A DNA stretch of 64,000 bases, from the NCBI RefSeq assembly GCF_963921235.1, contig NC_086119.1, positions 24,242,001-24,306,000 of the forward strand, written 5' to 3'. The DNA comes from Mobula hypostoma. Taxonomy: Eukaryota. Made by a program: the position numbers and the translations under genes. A model generated the notes under the pieces. The model did not search any database. It was not told the DNA's origin and saw nothing but the letters and a program-made list of their open reading frames with translations. Of the stretch, positions 38,876-51,318 are shown piece after piece (the first letter of the stretch is position 1; every line of letters begins with the position of its first letter).

Positions 38876-39749
38876 TAAGTACCTTATTTCTTTGAGTACA
38901 GCTACTTTTTTGCTGATTAATATTCAGAAATGTTTTTTTTTCGCAGCAGAAGCAATGGTTCTAGGTATGTAGCACCACACTAAAGCATTTTCCCTCATTT
39001 AAATTTCTGCCTGCTGTTCTTAATACCCGGTGTCGGTGAAGCTGGCAGCAGGAAATGAAAGAAAAATGGATACACATTTCTATTATGAATAGCTGTATTC
39101 AATATGAAACTATTCATTATATGGTTTGTTTGTATATGATCAAGTTTCAGTAAATAGCTGAAGTTGGACAGTCTATATTCTCAGAAAGCAAGACCATTAT
39201 CATCTGTTGTCCAAGTTAGCGCGATTCTATTATAACTTGGGGTATTCGGAGTTTGGAGTTCAATTCCGGCTGTTGGTTCCCCGTTTATTTTCTGATCCTT
39301 AGGGTTCTGCTGGGAGTCAGGAATAGCGAACAGTCTTAACTCCAAGATTTCAGTTTCTTTTAGCATACAAACAAGCATACAAATACTAAGCAAACTAAAG
39401 AAAGAGCTGAGAGATTCGACGCTAAGAGGTGGAAGGATGCGATGACAAAGATAGAAAAGAAGCCAAGATAGAGTCTCTGAAAAATCTATCATTTTTATAA
39501 TAACATAAGGAAAATTCCTTAGATAAGAATGAAGAAGTTAATAGGCTACATATTTCAAACAATTACATCACGTGGTAGGTAATGCACTAATACTTAGCCA
39601 ATGAAAACTGAGAAAGGTGATAAACTGTTAGTTTAGCAGCTGTACCGCTTTCTGCCAGTGAGTGTGAAAAATACGTGAGTTTGCTAAAAAGTACAAATCT
39701 TAGAGAAAGCATTAAAAAAAACAGTGGTTTTCAAAATGGTGCTATTTTT

Positions 39750-39948
39750 AAGGAGTTTGTGTGTTCTTCCAGACAGCATTGGCTTCCTCTGGGTGATTCG
39801 CTTTCCTCTCACAGACCAAAGACAATGGTTAATTCATCATTGTAAATTGTCCTGAGATTTGGCTAGTGTTAAATAAGTGGGTTGCTGCACAGTGTGGCTC
39901 ATTAGGCTGGAAGGGCCTGATCTGCACTGATCTTTAAATAAAATAAAA
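39750..39948 (+). mobile_element. V-SINE fragment with AAATAAATAAA tail
   Basis: AAGGAGTTTGTGTGTTCTTCC...TTTCCTCTCACAGACCAAAGAC core. Confidence 0.6.
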
Positions 39949-42243
39949 TGATTATTGCCATTACTGGATCAGTAGAACTCAAATGGTGCCATAATTGTTT
40001 AGACAACCTCAAAGAATAATGTTTTATAGGAAGTGCTACATATTTTCATAACCATTAATGAGTTGCCATCATCATCTTTGACCCATGCTTCCTTCAGATA
40101 TAAGTTTATATCAACATTTTCATTTGTCTCTGCTAATTGCAGACCCTGTTTCTATGAACATCATTATTTACTAATACTTCAGCATGCTATTTTTCAAATT
40201 TCAGTTTGTCTGTCCTGTTATCAATTGAACTAAGTTTGCTGAGGGATTTTGTTGTTGGAATGCTGTCAGCCAGAAAAGACATGAGCTACTTAGACAACAA
40301 TGAGCACAGTTGCCCCTCTGTGATTCCTGACATGACCTATGTGCAGAATGCTTGCACGTTACTTAAGCAGTATTTGAATACCCTGTGTCTGTTTTGGGCA
40401 AATTTCTGGATATTAACTGCCCGACACGGAGAGATACCTCAACAAGCAAGGAAAGATCTAATAGGACAGTAGGTTGATTATCATTTTCGTGCCAATAATT
40501 GAAAAGTAAATTGGCACAACAGAAGTCATGCTGTAAAACTTTAGTGTTACTATTGAACTATATTGACACATTACTGAGAAAGGATGTAGTTTACAGCTTA
40601 GTGAATATAAATAATGTTAGGTTATGTAGAGTATCTGTTGAGTGAATTTAATCTCAATCCTTGACGTATTTAAATTGATTGGTACTCTTTTGGCTAAAAT
40701 TATGTTTGGATTATACCACTGATCTTGATTCAAAATTCTTATATGAGTAACATCTCACATTTTGGTTGAATTTTGCATGCTTGCTGTAACATTCTTCCTG
40801 ACTTTTGGGCCAATATCAGGGAAGCTGGAATTAAGTAAAGTTAAATTGTTAGCCATGTGCTTCCCATTAAATGATAGCAGTGCTTGGCCAGTATTGGAAA
40901 TAGATGAACTCAAGGGATAGGATATTGTGGATAATAAACAACAACAAAGAAAAAGAGCACATGGCAAATTGGGGTTAGCGGAGATAAGGAAAGCCTGATA
41001 ATTTATTACTTGGGTTGAAGTCTAAACTACCGCTAGGTTAAGTATTCAAATTAATGTCTAACCCATCATTACATGTGACATCTTTCTTCATATAAGAGGG
41101 CAGGACTAAAGAAAGTAATGTAGTTCCATATTTTAGCACTTAAATGTGCATGTATACACTTGCATCAGCATAACATCTTTTGAAATATGTTAATCCTGTT
41201 GATAATTAGTCTACTAATATTATAGCATGGCAGCATTTTAATTGTCCACAGGACAAATTCGAAAAATATGGCTGGCCATCAGATACATTTGATGTATTAA
41301 GACAGCTTTCAAAACTAGCTCAAGAATTGACCTATGCTGGTGGCATTAGCCTTGCCCAACTAAGGCAACAGAAAATATTTGATCAACACTGCATTGCTTA
41401 GTCCATAGTAGAAGTGTTTCCTACCCTGTCAGTATTTTATATGTTCAGCTTTGATCTTCAAAGACAGTGGTCCAATTTTACAAAGCATGCAAGTAAAGAT
41501 ATGCCTTAAGTAAGAGTTTTGGTGGTGGATAACCTCCAAATGTTGATTAGGTGTACTGAGATGTATTTAATGAAAAGCAATCTAACATTTAAGCTAAACA
41601 TATAAGGTTACATTTAAGCTAAACATATCATCATTATAGAAGTCTTTCATTCCCTCATATGTTACAGCCACAATATAATGGTCCAATATTTTGAAAAGGA
41701 ATGACGACAAAAAGATCACTATTCATCGTCCACTGTATATTCCATTATAGGACAGATTTACTTACGTGTAGCACCCGATGCTAACATTGAGTACAAAATA
41801 ATATGTAAGATATCACAAATATGTATAATTTTCAAAGTTCAAGGTATATTTATTATCAAAGTATGTATATATCACCATACACTACCCTGAGATTCATTTT
41901 CTTCCAGGCATTCACAGTCAAATAAAGAAAGCAACAGAAAAGCTACACACAAACAGGACCGACAATCAATGTGCAAAAGAAGACAAACTGTGCAAATACA
42001 AAAAAAAACAAACAAATAAAGAAATAATACTGAGAAAATGAGTTGTAGAGTCCTTGAAAGTGAGTCCATAGGTTGTGGAATCAGTTCAGTATTGTGGTGA
42101 GTGTCTACACTAACTTCATTTAGGGCTTAACTCTAAGTTATCAATGCTGGTTGAAGGGTAATAACTGTTCCTGAACCTGGTGATGTGGGATCTAAGGCTC
42201 CTGTTACCTTCTTCCTGATGGCAGCAGTGAGAAAAGAGCATGG

Positions 42244-42460
42244 AACACACATCAAAGTTGCTGGTGAATGCAACAGGCCAGGCAGCATCTCTAGGAAGAG
42301 GTACAGTCGACGTTTCGGGCCGATAGTCCTGACGAAGGGTCTCAGCCCGAAACGTCGACTGTACCTCTTCCTAGAGATGCTGCCTGGCCTGCTGTGTTCA
42401 CCAGCAACTTTGATGTGTGTTGCTTGAATTTCAAGCATCTGCAGAATTCCTTGTGTTTAC
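42244..42460 (+). mobile_element. 217-bp Penelope-like terminal hairpin with 15-bp TSD
   Basis: TSD GAGAAAAGAGCATGG (42229-42243 / 42461-42475); ~80-bp inverted arms at 42244-42323 and 42342-42421. Confidence 0.9.
42325..42360 (+). ncRNA. Minimal type-I hammerhead ribozyme motif
   Basis: AGTC-CTGACGA-AGGGTCTCAGCCC-GAAAC-GTC-GACT: stem I, CUGANGA, stem II, GAAA, palindromic ACGU stem III and a GUC cleavage triplet. Confidence 0.75.
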
Positions 42461-43084
42461 GAGAAAAGAGCATGGCCTGGACGGTGGGGGCTTCAAGACA
42501 ATTGTTACATGCAGTACAACTAAGCTACAATTCCTTTATACCGTGCCAATATTTCATCATTATCACTAACTCCTCTGCATTTTAGCATTGAATACATTTC
42601 ATTTTGGGATATCCTGAGATTACAAAAATTGCTTTATAATTTCTCCTTTGAAATACGATATGTGATTTGCTTTACACAGGTTAATAAAACAGATTTAATG
42701 AATGGGTCCACATTATTACAATAGGTGTGTTTCTATATATCTCTTGTATCCACTTTGATGCATTTAAACTATCATGAATTGCATTGAGGTAAGATGTAAC
42801 GAGAGAATCATACTTGTTTAAAAAATTAAATTAAAGCACTATTCACACGCACTTAGCACACAAAACGAATTCATAGCTGGATGGTATAAAAGGTTGGGCA
42901 GCGTGCATGATTTCTGAATGTGAAAACACGATAAGATTTCATCGTGCTATATTTATGGTCAAAAAGGTGCTGCTTGCAGATCAGAGATTCAGCCTCTCAC
43001 TATGTCCACCTGTTTACTTACTCAATAATTTACATAACACAATGCTGTTCTAATCTTGCTGTTGTACTGTGTGGTGGAATAAAT

Positions 43085-43545
43085 TGTACTGTCATTTGCT
43101 CCTGTCTTCAAGAAAGGAGACAAGTTTGACTGCAGTAATTACAAAGAAGTCTTCCTGCTGTCTGCTATATGGAACATCATCACAACCATCCTTTTCAACC
43201 TCCTCCTCCTAGTGACTGTGGCACTCCTCTCAGGGAAGCAATGAGAATAACGTCAATCAGAGGATATAGTGTACATGATTTCCACTGTACATGAACAGCC
43301 AGAAAATTTGCACAGAGCACTACCAGACCTTGCAAAAGCCGCCGACTCCAATCATTGAGATAAATTATGAAGACTTCTTCTCAAATTTGGCTGCCCTCAG
43401 AAACATGTTACCATTCTACAGTATGTACTACATGTTATGCAAGCTGTGACATTAACCAGGGGGTCCACAGACCCAGTGTGCCGACTGGGGTCAAGCAAGG
43501 TGGCTTCATTATACCAAACCGCTTCTCAATCATTCCTGTTGTTAT
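43085..43545 (+). mobile_element. Degenerate RTE (BovB-like) LINE RT fragment
   Basis: FKKGDKFDCSNY..LLS, LKFGCPQK and TGVKQG remnants. Confidence 0.75.
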
Positions 43546-45363
43546 CTGCACACTGTGATTTGTAAGCTTAGCATTATTACAAGTTTATCATGCAGTGTAT
43601 TCAGCTTGAATTAACTGTATCTCTTGTTGAAGAAAAGATCTTATTAGCAATTCTGTGACTGATATATACATGCAGGTGACATAACATCATCAGAGAGAGT
43701 GCAAACTAATATTTGCTTTATGTTCTATTTATCTATCTGATTAAACTTTACTTGTGATGGTTTAAATTAATTGTACCTACTTTTACAGTGTTATTTTCAT
43801 GTTTATTACAAAGGCTAACCTAATCACGAATTGGTACAAAAATTGTAAAGATTTTGACGATGGATATTTTGTTTGTTCACAGAATCAACTAAATTAAAAT
43901 ACAAGTAAAATAAATTTATTATATACCATGTGCATTTTTTATGTATCCCAAAACTTTAATCTTAGGAACTACACCATAGACATAGAAAATATGAATTGCA
44001 AATTAATATTTATAGCCAGTAAACCAGTAACAATTCTCATATATACTAGCTTGCTTGTTGTGGCTGTGTTGCCAACTAACAGTATCAGAAATTGTTTCTT
44101 GGAATTACAGCTGGAATATCCAGTTACACAGTAATAGATTTTATTTCTGCCATAGTTCCAGAAATGAATGACTTCTGTAAAAATCCATGCACTGACAGCA
44201 ATTTGCATTAATTAAAGGGCTTCAACTGCCTCTTCCCTTCTACAAACATAAACAATAAGTCAAACTGCATGTGAATACAGTAAGCAACACTGTGTTTATT
44301 TTAGGTTCAACAGTATCTCATTTACACGTGTTAATTAGAGCTAATTGGGACTAATTAAATGAACAGGAACCCCTCTGGGGATGTTCATACCTATAATTTT
44401 GGTAAATAGTCTTAATTAACATATGCAAGTTAGGGCTAATTAGCATTGATTAAGGGATTTTAGCTAAATTTTAAAGCGCTGCTCTTCAAATACTATAAGC
44501 AGTACAGAATGTGGTATGAACATTAAGCATTAAACAGATAAAATGCTTTTGTTCCATTTAACATCAAGCTTATTTACACTGTTTTAATTAAGATATTACT
44601 TAATATCACTTGTTTGTGTGCCAATGATTATAAAGTCTTAACTTGGAGAAAAGAAATTTATCCCTTTTATTGCAGATAATAATTTTAAATCTGGATTGAA
44701 AATTGCACAATATGTTTGCCTGAAGACTAACTTTTAACTTCAAATCTTGTTTAGTGAAAATGTCAGAACTATTATTTTTCCCTTCATTAGTTTTTTATGT
44801 ACAATTGCTTACTTATAAAGAAAAAGACCAATAAAAAAGCTCAAGAGATTGATCAATAATGTAGCCCAAAATAATTTCATGGAGTAATTTTCTTAGTCAA
44901 ATGTACATCAGCTAACAATTCTTGGTGGTGTCAATAAAAGCATGAATGTTGGACAATGCATTCTTCTGTGTGCAGACAAAGAAGAAAATAAACCCAGTAA
45001 AATATAATTATTTATTTTCCACTGTTACTTTTGCTAATTTGAATTTTCTTCATAACTTGAGGGTATTGTGAGAGTAGGGGAAAAGAGACCATAATCTGCA
45101 ACAATATATATATAACACCTTCAATATTTCATGGAAATATAACTAATCAAAATGAATCACACATGGAGATTGTTTAAAAAGGTAAGTTTTGCAGAGGTGT
45201 TATGGAATTGTATGGTTGGGGGTTAGGGACACAGGGCAGAATGTTTGACAAAGGAACTCTCGTGTTTTGGGCTTTGGCAGCTGAAGGCATGGTTTTCAAA
45301 AGTGATGTGATTAAAATCACCATTGGTCAGGAAATGGAGAAATGCTGCTATCTCAAAGAATTA

Positions 45364-45921
45364 CACTCAGTGGCCACTTTATTAGGTATACCTATACACC
45401 TGCTCGTTAATTCAAATATCTAATTAGCCAATCATGCGGCAGCAACTCAATGCATAAAAGCATGCACACATGCTCAAGAGGTTTATTTGTTATTCACACT
45501 AAACTCACAATGGAGAAGAAATGTGAACTGAGTGGTTTTGACAGTGTATTAATAGTTGGTGCCAGATGGGGTGGTTTGAGTATTCCAGAAACTGCTGATC
45601 TCCTGGGATTTTCACGCACAACAGTCTCTAGAGTTTACAGGGTATGGCACAATAAATAAAAAAAAATCCAGTTGGCAGCAGTTCTGTGGGTGAAAATGCT
45701 TTGTTAATGATAGAGCTCACAGGAGAAGGGCCAGACTGGTTCAAACTGACAGTAACTCAAATAACCACATGTTACAACAGTGGTATGCAGAAGGGCATCC
45801 CTGAATGCACAACACATTGATCCTTGAAGTGGTTGGGATACAGAAGCAGAAAACTATGAACATACACTGAGTAGCCACTTTATAGGTTACAGGAGGTACC
45901 TAATAAAGTGGCCACTGAGAG
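45364..45921 (+). mobile_element. Non-autonomous Tc1/mariner derivative, copy 3
   Basis: TA then CACTCAGTGGCCACTTTATTAGGTA left TIR; TACCTAATAAAGTGGCCACTGAG right TIR; HTH remnant LIVGARWGGLSIPETADLLGFSRTTVSRVYR. Confidence 0.88.
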
Positions 45922-46744
45922 ATTGCAGAGAACCGGAAGGATGCCCTGGAAGAATTTACCAACAAGGATGAAAATTGAAAATGAGTAGTTGTTTAATTGT
46001 GAACCAACGTGGGGTTTTCTAGTGCAGGGTGGTGGATGAACAAAATTTGGTGTGAATTGGACTCAGTGGTCAACCTTAGTGACTTTTTATGTGGAATAGA
46101 AAGAAGGAAGCTCTTTCTGGTTTGGTCAGAAAAGTTAGTCCAAACAGTTACAAGATATGGACAAAAACTCTGCAGCAGATAAACTGAAGTGGAATGGCAC
46201 CATGTGACGTTAGGGAGTGGGATAATAGTCATCAGTGTGATAGAACTGCTATATGGTTCAAAGCTCATTTCAAGGTTAAATATGTTGTTAAAAGCATGAA
46301 AAGTTTGGTTCAGCCTCAGATAGTGGACAAGGAAAAAGATGAAGAATTGGTTAGGGAACAGTGAAAGTTGGGACCGATGAAAAGAATTTGACTTTATAAT
46401 ACATAATTATTTGAAAGCGTTGTCTCATCTAGTACAGTAAGTCAGATAAGCAGTCTGACAATTTAGATTTAGTGGAAGCAATTGTTGAGGTAGAACATGC
46501 CGTTAGTTTACATGTGGAAATGAATGTTGAACATTTGGAAGATGAAAGGACAGATTGTAGATGAGAAGCAGAATGGAGCCAAGAAATAGATCTTTGGGGA
46601 AAGTCAGAAAGAGATTTGGCAAAGAAGCTATTTCAACTGATTTTTCTGTGTGTATTTAACTGGATGGATGAGAATGAAGCCAGTCAAGTTTATGTTGATC
46701 AGTTGTTGACAGTTGACAGGTCTGGAAGAACATGGTGTGAACCA

Positions 46745-47062
46745 TCATGGGCACTAGGATCCCCAGCATCCAGGACCTCTTTAAGGAGCGAAGCCTCAAT
46801 AAGATGGCGTCTATAATTTAAGACCAACATCACCCAGGACATGCCCTCATCTCATTGTTACCATTAGGGAGGAGGTACAGGAGCCTGAAGGTATACACTC
46901 AACAATTCAGGAACAGCTTCTTCTCCTCTACCATTGATTTCTGAATGGATATTGAACGGTAACTTATAGTACTTTATTGTTATATTTTGCAATGTACTGC
47001 TGCCACATAACTACACGACGTGTGCCAATGATATTAAACCTGATTCCAATTCTGATTCTGAA
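46745..47062 (+). mobile_element. Rex1/L2-like LINE 3' end
   Basis: HPGHAL..LLP.GRRYRSL...T..FRNSFF remnant; ATTCTG-type tail. Confidence 0.7.
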
Positions 47063-47756
47063 CTATAGCTGCAGACAGGCTGAGAAAGGCAAGGAGGGAC
47101 TAGCTGACTCTTGTCAAAGTCATATGGGATTTTACTTGAAATTTTGTTACAGAACTTTTCTTTTTATGGCCCAGGTGGAAAACTGATTGAAGAGATTCAA
47201 GTATAGCATTCTGAGATAGTTTGGGAGATATCAGCATTGAAAAACCGGAGAGAAAGGGAAGCTATAGACAACTCACTGGCCTCTAAAGCATAATGGTTAA
47301 GAGATAATATTTTGACGATGTAAGATTTGATGATGGAAGAGCAATACGTGAAGATATAGAACCTTTAACATTATTGTGGATGTGAGGAAGAAAGACAATG
47401 AATGGTTATAAATTTATCCAATATTTGAACTGTGGGTTAGAGTTGGGCACGGTTATTCGATTGTGCTGTGAAAAGGAAGGAACTGACTTAGACCATAAAT
47501 CCCTATGGTCTCAGTATTTGAAACAAGTAGGCCCACTTACTCGATGGATCAAATAGCCTAATTCTGCTCCTATATCTTATGGTCTTATGCGAGGTATGAG
47601 ATCAAAAAAGCTGGGTTTGAGAAGACAGCAACAGAGAAAACAAGTTACCTTTGCATTCCAAGCCCATCCTTCTGAGTATTTCCCTTGCAAAAAAAAGAAT
47701 TTGATGAAGTCAAAGCCAGGAAAATGATTAAGGTATTGGTTTTAATAGACATCAAA

Positions 47757-48029
47757 AACTCTGCCATGGATGGTCCCAAGCCCACCTGCAAGAAAGGGAG
47801 AGTTGAGTATGGAGCTAGCAACCCCATCCTGCAAAAAACCATGAGCTACATAAATGCCAACTGAAACTCCAAAAACTTCATTCCTGGGAGAGGCAGGATC
47901 TTTATATGGAAGATGTATGAAGTTGTGTGGTGAAAATGGATGCTCAATATCCGGCCCAAGACAGAAGGCTCTGGAGAGCTGCTATCAGCAGCCTATGCCC
48001 TAGTAGGGATGATGGCTTAGCAAGAAGTA
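47757..48029 (+). mobile_element. ~275-bp non-autonomous RTE-derived retroposon with a twister-like 5' end
   Basis: 13-bp TSD AGACATCAAAAAC / AGATGTCAAAAAC (47747-47759 / 48030-48042). 5' end AACTCTGCC..GGTCCCAAGCCC; 3' end is an RTE-like TGGAGAGCTGCT..GCCTATGCCC...AAGAAGTA tail. Confidence 0.75.
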
Positions 48030-48164
48030 AGATGTCAAAAACAATTCTGAGTGTGTAGTTGAGCAGTATAATAGCTGCTGATATGTTTTGGTGGATGGAG
48101 GATCAAATACTGTACATTTAGTGTTTTGAAAGTACAATTGAAAGTGAATCCACCCTAACACCAT

Positions 48165-48323
48165 TCAGCAGGCCAGGCAGCATCTCTAGGAAGAGGTACA
48201 GTCGACGTCTCGGCCCGAAACGTCGACTATACCTCTTCCTAGAGATGCTGCCTGGCCTGCTGAGTTCACCAGCAACTTTTATGTGTGTTGCCTGAAATCC
48301 CAGCATCTGCAGATTTCCTCGTG
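48165..48323 (+). mobile_element. Penelope-like terminal hairpin (hammerhead CUGANGA missing)
   Basis: ~43-bp inverted arms around CTCGGCCCGAA; same family as 42244. Confidence 0.85.
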
Positions 48324-49417
48324 CCACTGTCTTTAACTTGGAATTCATATATCGCACAGTGCAAGTCAGAAGCACGTTGGAGATCAGAAGTAATGATTTT
48401 CCATTGCACCTTACACCTTGGCTGGAATGCAATTAGTGTCCTTCTTTGAATGGAACCAATGATCTTCACTAAAGGTAAACATAAAGGTAAGATTAAATTG
48501 TTTTTATTTTTGGTTTGTTTTCCTCATTTATGTTTGAAATAATTAACATGAATGAGATTTTAAATAACTATAATTTTACTGTCTTAAATTAATTTTGGTA
48601 AACTTCCTTATTTTAATCTTGATCAACAGTTTGTAAGTGTTTATGAATATCAGAGACATTTACAAAGGTCAAAATGGCTTTGGAACTGTCACAGGCTCTC
48701 AGGTAATCCAGTCGTGGGGAGTTTAGATTCTGCTGCCTGATGCCAAAGCATTGCTCATGGTCTGCCATGCCTCACAGAACTAGAGAACTCTAGCATTGCT
48801 CATCCATGGTATCACAGCAGGTAAGTGCAGCACTGGGAAGAAGGCACGGGGCGAATGTTGCTGGTGATTCAGACTGAGCACAAGACAGACTATTATAGCT
48901 GCAATCTCGCATTTATGTGGATTAAGAAAATGCTAGTTCCACACAAAAAAAATCACGGGAACTACTAATTAAACTAGACGATTAATTTATTCAATTTGGC
49001 CCATAGTTTCTGATTATGCTAATACTGAGACTCTCAGCTTTTGCCTTTTTTTCCCTCTGAAATGCAGAAACAGTTTCTGGCACATGTATATTCTACTCCT
49101 ACAGAGGATGCCTCCACTCATGCAACTGAAGTAAGATGGATTTGTGTAGCACCTCTTCCAGCTACCAATATGTTTTGCAGCCAATTTTGATGTGTTAGAA
49201 GTCAGTCACATTAATTTACCTATCTGAATAATCCCTACATTTGGCTATTTTATTTCAAACTTTTGGAACCTATGTTATTTTGCTCAAAGGGTCACTATTT
49301 AAATATAACTCATTGTTGATCCCTGGTCTACACTGAATTGGTGAAACCAAGTGAGAAAGCTAAGAGATGTCATAATTGCCCCAAATTTGACGTTTGGAAA
49401 AAGTTAATGTAGGACAC

Positions 49418-50207
49418 TCAAGTCAAATCAAGTCACTTTTATTGTCATTTCGACCATAACTGCTGGTACTGTACACAGTAAAAACGAGACAACATTTTTC
49501 AGACCATGGTGCTACATGAAACAATACAAAAACTACACTGGACTACGTAAAACAACAGAAAAACTACACTAGACTACAGACCTACCCAGGACTGCATAAA
49601 GTGTACAAAACAATGCAGGCATTACAATAACTAATAAACAAGACAATAGGCACAGTAGAGGGCAGTAGGTTGGTGTCAGTCCAGGCTCTGGGTATTAAGG
49701 AGTCTGATGGTTTGAGGGAAGAAATTATTACATAGTCTGGATGTGAGAGCCTGAATGCTTCGGTGCCTTTTGCCAGATGGCAGGAGGGAGAAGAGTTTGT
49801 ATGAGGGGTGCGTGGGTCCTTCATAATGCTGTTTGCTTTACGAATGCAGCGTGTGGTGTAAATATCTGTAATGGCGAGAAGAGAGACCCCAATGACCTCA
49901 GCTGACCTCACTATCCGCTGCAGGGTCTTGTGATCCGAGATGGTGCAATTTGCAGACCAGGCAATGATGCAGCTGCTCAGGATGCTCTCAATACAACCTC
50001 TGTAGAATGTGGTGAGGATGGGGGGTGGGAGATGGACTTTTCTCAACCTTCGCAGAAAGTAGAGACGCTGCTGGGCTTTCTTTGCTATGGCGCTGGTGTT
50101 GAGGGACCAGGTGAGATTCTCCGCCAGGTGAAGACCAAGAAATTTGGTGCTCTTAACGATCTCTATGGAGGAGTTGTTGATGTTCAGTAGAGAGTGGTTG
50201 CTCCGTG
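49418..50207 (-). mobile_element. Rex1/Babar-like LINE 3' portion
   Basis: ORF 49582..50046 LPPPILTTFYRGCIESILSSCIIAW...LQRIVRSAE; minus-strand AATAAA and GACTT-type repeat tail. Confidence 0.85.
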
Positions 50208-50523
50208 TTCAGTAACAGTGAAACTGCACCCAGGCAATATTTCAATAGCTTTTGAGAAGGAGGGCGGATAAAGAGATTATAGACCCAGCCAATGCACCAT
50301 AAAAAAATTAAGTATAGATTTTTTTGTAATGAAATAATTTATCACTCGAACTGTCTTGGAAGTGATCCTCCTGTCTGTCTTATTAAATTGTCTGTAGAAG
50401 GAAGGAGTGGTCTCCTGAAATGCACCAGCTAGTGCTGCTCTTGAGGAATCACTTAGGGTAGTGGAAGGAAATGAACTGGATGATTTGCTCTCCAACCTTC
50501 TTTATTCCAAAAGGTCTTTTGAC

Positions 50524-50777
50524 CCGGCTGGTGGCGTAGTGGTATCAGTGCCAGACCTCGGGACAAAAGGTCCCGAGTTCGAATCCAGCCGGCTCCCCTG
50601 CACGCTTTCCATCTGTCCTGGGTTACGAAGTTCTTTGGAAACTCACCTGGCAGAAGGCAATGGCAAACTACTGCTGTAACTTGCCTCGTACGCGCTTCCC
50701 CACTACCTCAGAGAGGCGTGGAGGGAAATTGTCTGCTAACTGGAGTAACTCCAGATGCGACGTACCTTTCCTTACCT
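50524..50777 (+). mobile_element. tRNA-headed SINE with RTE-type tail
   Basis: A-box TGGCGTAGTGG (50532-50542), B-box GAGTTCGAATCC (50575-50586), GAAGGCAATGGCAAAC motif, ACCTTTCCTTACCT tail. Confidence 0.75.
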
Positions 50778-50999
50778 CACCAAGCAGTACCATTGATAAT
50801 CAGGAACTCATTTTGCAGAGAAACACAGGTACAAATCTGCTAGTAATTGTGGAAGCTCGGTGGTTTCTATTACAACAGCTGCTGCAACAGCAGTTCTTCT
50901 TTGTGGATCAGGAATCTAATACATTGTGTAAAATATCAAAACACAAACAATGTCAAAATATATTTTAAAGTATGCTGTTGACTGCCAATCAGGCATAGG

Positions 51000-51318
51000 A
51001 TGAGATAAGATTAGTTTTATTTGTCAGGTGCGCATTGAAGCATACAGTGAAATGCATTGTTTGCATCAAATTAAATCAGCGAGGATTGTGCTGGGCAGCC
51101 TGCAAGTGTCACTGCAGTTCTGTCAATGGCATAGCATGCCCACTACTCATAAACCCTAACTGTATGTCTTTGGAACGTAGGAGGAAACCGGAACGCTTGG
51201 AGGAAACTCATACGGTCACGGACAGAATGTACCTTACAGGTAGCATCAGGAATTGAACCCCATTTGGTGTTCAGTATGGCTTTAAAGTGATGGACCAACT
51301 GCTACGTTACCATGCCAC
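51000..51318 (-). mobile_element. V-SINE
   Basis: Reverse complement of the V-core (GGAGGAAACCGGAACGCTTGGAGGAAACTCA) and B-box (GGAATTGAACC). Confidence 0.7.

Larger units (their letters stand above)
41833..42495 (-). mobile_element. LINE (Rex1/L2-like) 3' fragment, interrupted by the Penelope-like hairpin
   Basis: GAAGGGTAATAACTGTTCCTGAACCTGG...CTTCCTGATGGCAGCAGTGAGAAAAGAGCATG, a reverse-strand remnant related to the copy at 46745. Confidence 0.7.

Noticed and set aside
41583-41630. Short tandem duplications (also 12169-12191 and 32027-32072)
   Set aside because: Two-copy slippage duplications with no spacers; not a CRISPR-like array.
42133-42438. Similar ORFs on both strands (THIKVAGE...RPGSISRKRYSRRFG)
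   Set aside because: An artefact of the inverted repeat in non-coding Penelope-like termini, not a protein family.
50524-50592. Possible tRNA gene
   Set aside because: It has A/B boxes but no proper cloverleaf, and it continues into a SINE body with an RTE-type tail.
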